Positions 62,290-64,000 of a DNA stretch of 64,000 nucleotides are shown in pieces. The stretch is from the NCBI RefSeq assembly GCF_032191835.1, contig NC_083228.1, positions 111,476,001 to 111,540,000 on the forward strand. The letters are read 5' to 3'. Made by a program: the position numbers and the translations under genes. The DNA is from Heteronotia binoei. Its lineage: Eukaryota. The notes beneath the pieces were generated by a model, which had not been told where the DNA came from, ran no database searches, and saw nothing but the letters and a program-made list of their open reading frames with translations. Within the stretch, counting starts at the first letter, position 1. Each line of letters opens with the position of its first letter.

Positions 62290-63990
62290 TGATGCTTACC
62301 ATAAGAAGAATACAAAGTTTGTCTTCTTTAAGTTGAATTGGCTTTTGCTCATCAGTGCCAAAGTCCTTTAGTGACTGGTCTGGTCACAAAGTTCTCTATA
62401 TGCTTTAGTACATGCTATATATTCAGACTCTGTGGAAGACAAACTTGCTGTAGTTTGCTTTCTGCTGACCAAGGAGATTGGTCCACCACCATACAAGAAC
62501 AAGTACCCACTGGTGGATTTATCGTCTAAGCTGTCTTCTGCCCAGTCTGAATTCATGACTATATCCTGCAACCAACTAACTTTGGATTACTAGTGGATGG
62601 CAATTTTAGTATCAAATCTAAAGTTCCGTTTAGATATCTAGACCCTCTTTCTTTTTACTGCAATCCACTCTTTCTTGCTGGGTGTACTTGTCTACTATTC
62701 CAACACTGGTTGCAATATCAGGTCTACTAGTGGTGTTTAGGTATGGAAGTTTTCCCATGGCATTTCTGTACTGATGGTCTTTTGGTAAAGGCTTCTTTTG
62801 GTGTTTGTAAGAAAGTAAGTTTCCATAGGTGTTGCTACTATGTTGGCAACACCAATACCACCAAGAGTTCAATTATTTCCTGTTTCTGGTGTAGGAGAAA
62901 TGAAACAGCTTCCTCACTTTCAATTTGTATGCCCAGGTAGTAAGAAACATCTTCTAGCTCCTTAATTTCTACTTTCTGTTTAGGCTCCTTACTATACTGT
63001 TGCCCTCCATTTGCCCATCATAACTCAGAATCAAGTCTTTACAAATAATACATTTATTTCCAAAACGTATGCCAAATCCATTGTTGTCTTATACAGACAT
63101 TCAATAATTTACAGCTTGATTCAGGTACATACAGGACATCTCCAACTTCATTTAGGAATTTTTTGTGAGGTGTGCTGCAGCATAAAATACCATTACTTAT
63201 GCCTTGAATTTCTACACATTTTTATTACTCCTTTCTCACTTTCATTAAGTTCCTAAGAGAAATCTTTGCAGTGTGTGCTGTGACTAGACTCCCCATTGTC
63301 TATTAGCCACTTATTCTCCTTTGATTTTGATTCAACATCATCATAAATAAGGCTTTTCTGGTCAATAAGTAAAAAACTTTTTTCCCTTTGTATGCTGCAT
63401 TAGAAGAAGAAGAAGATATTGGATTTATATCCCGCCCTCCACTCCGAAGAGTCTCAGAGCGGCTCACAATCTCCTTTACCTTCCTCCCCCACAACAAACA
63501 CCCTGTGAGGTGGGTGGGGCTGGAGAGGGCTCTCCCAGCAGCTGCCCTTTCAAGGACAACCTCTGCCAGAGCTATGGCTGACCCAAGGCCATTCCAGCAG
63601 GTGCAAGTGGAGGAGTGGGGAATCAAACCTGGTTCTCCCAGATAAGAGTCCGCACACTTAACCACTACACCAAACTGGCTCTCCATTAGGACCATCATGC
63701 TTTTGATTTTTAAAATTGCCTGTTCGTTTATGGCTTGTGTGCTGTTCCTGTGTGTCTTAGAAAAAGTGCCATTAGCTGGTGGCTCTGTATAGTCCTTTGC
63801 AAAGTACCTTCTTTTGTTGCAGTTAAAGCAATGCAGCAATTGGTTTTTCTCCCTTTCTCTGGATGGGACTTGCTCTTTCAGATACTTTCTAGAAATATAA
63901 CTTAAGTCATTCAGTTATTCAAATTCAATAAGCTGCATTGGGCATTCCTCCTGCAATTCTAGTGCCAAAAGGGTTTGGGTTTTTTGGGTT
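62290..63990 (-). mobile_element. Second, old Copia: gag knuckle, protease region, RT C-terminus and RNase H, with internal deletion
   Basis: CFNCNKRRYFAKD, LGDVLYVPE, IKELEDVSYYLGIQI, LPYLNTTSRPDIATSV, NSDWAEDSLDDKSTSGY...SRKQ...SSTESEY. Confidence 0.88.
63403..63684 (-). mobile_element. Squam3-like SINE inserted in the old Copia
   Basis: Well-preserved copy; flanked by cattag direct repeat. Confidence 0.92.
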
Positions 63991-64000
63991 TTTTTTTTTT

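Overview
Vertebrate genomic DNA, almost certainly a squamate and most likely a gecko (inferred from Sauria SINEs, 5S-headed Sauria-type SINEs and Squam3/MIR-like SINEs with L2 tails). The window is dominated by transposable elements. (1) A young Ty1/Copia element (2265-6165; LTRs differ at 3 of 351 nt, 5-bp TSD, tRNA-iMet PBS) that lacks RT/RNase H. (2) The 5' part of an L1 whose ORF1 stop and ORF2 start overlap as TAATG. (3) Two divergent Ngaro-type tyrosine-recombinase retrotransposons (gag, RT/RH, YR, SGNH hydrolase) plus a fragment. (4) A 5'-truncated L2. (5) A 2.2-kb non-autonomous hAT. (6) A decayed full-length hAT carrying nested insertions, including a Penelope-like fragment with an intact minimal hammerhead ribozyme. 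(7) An old second Copia and many MITEs/SINEs. Host sequence is limited to a frameshifted TMEM233-like exon 1 (58516-58712, +) and scattered, partly disabled exon-like segments of an unidentified minus-strand gene. The most interesting signal: in both Ngaro copies the SGNH ORF is preceded at the same position by a strong 3' splice acceptor, suggesting an env-like spliced mRNA. No CRISPR, rRNA operon or functional tRNA gene is supported. All calls are by eye; no database search was run.
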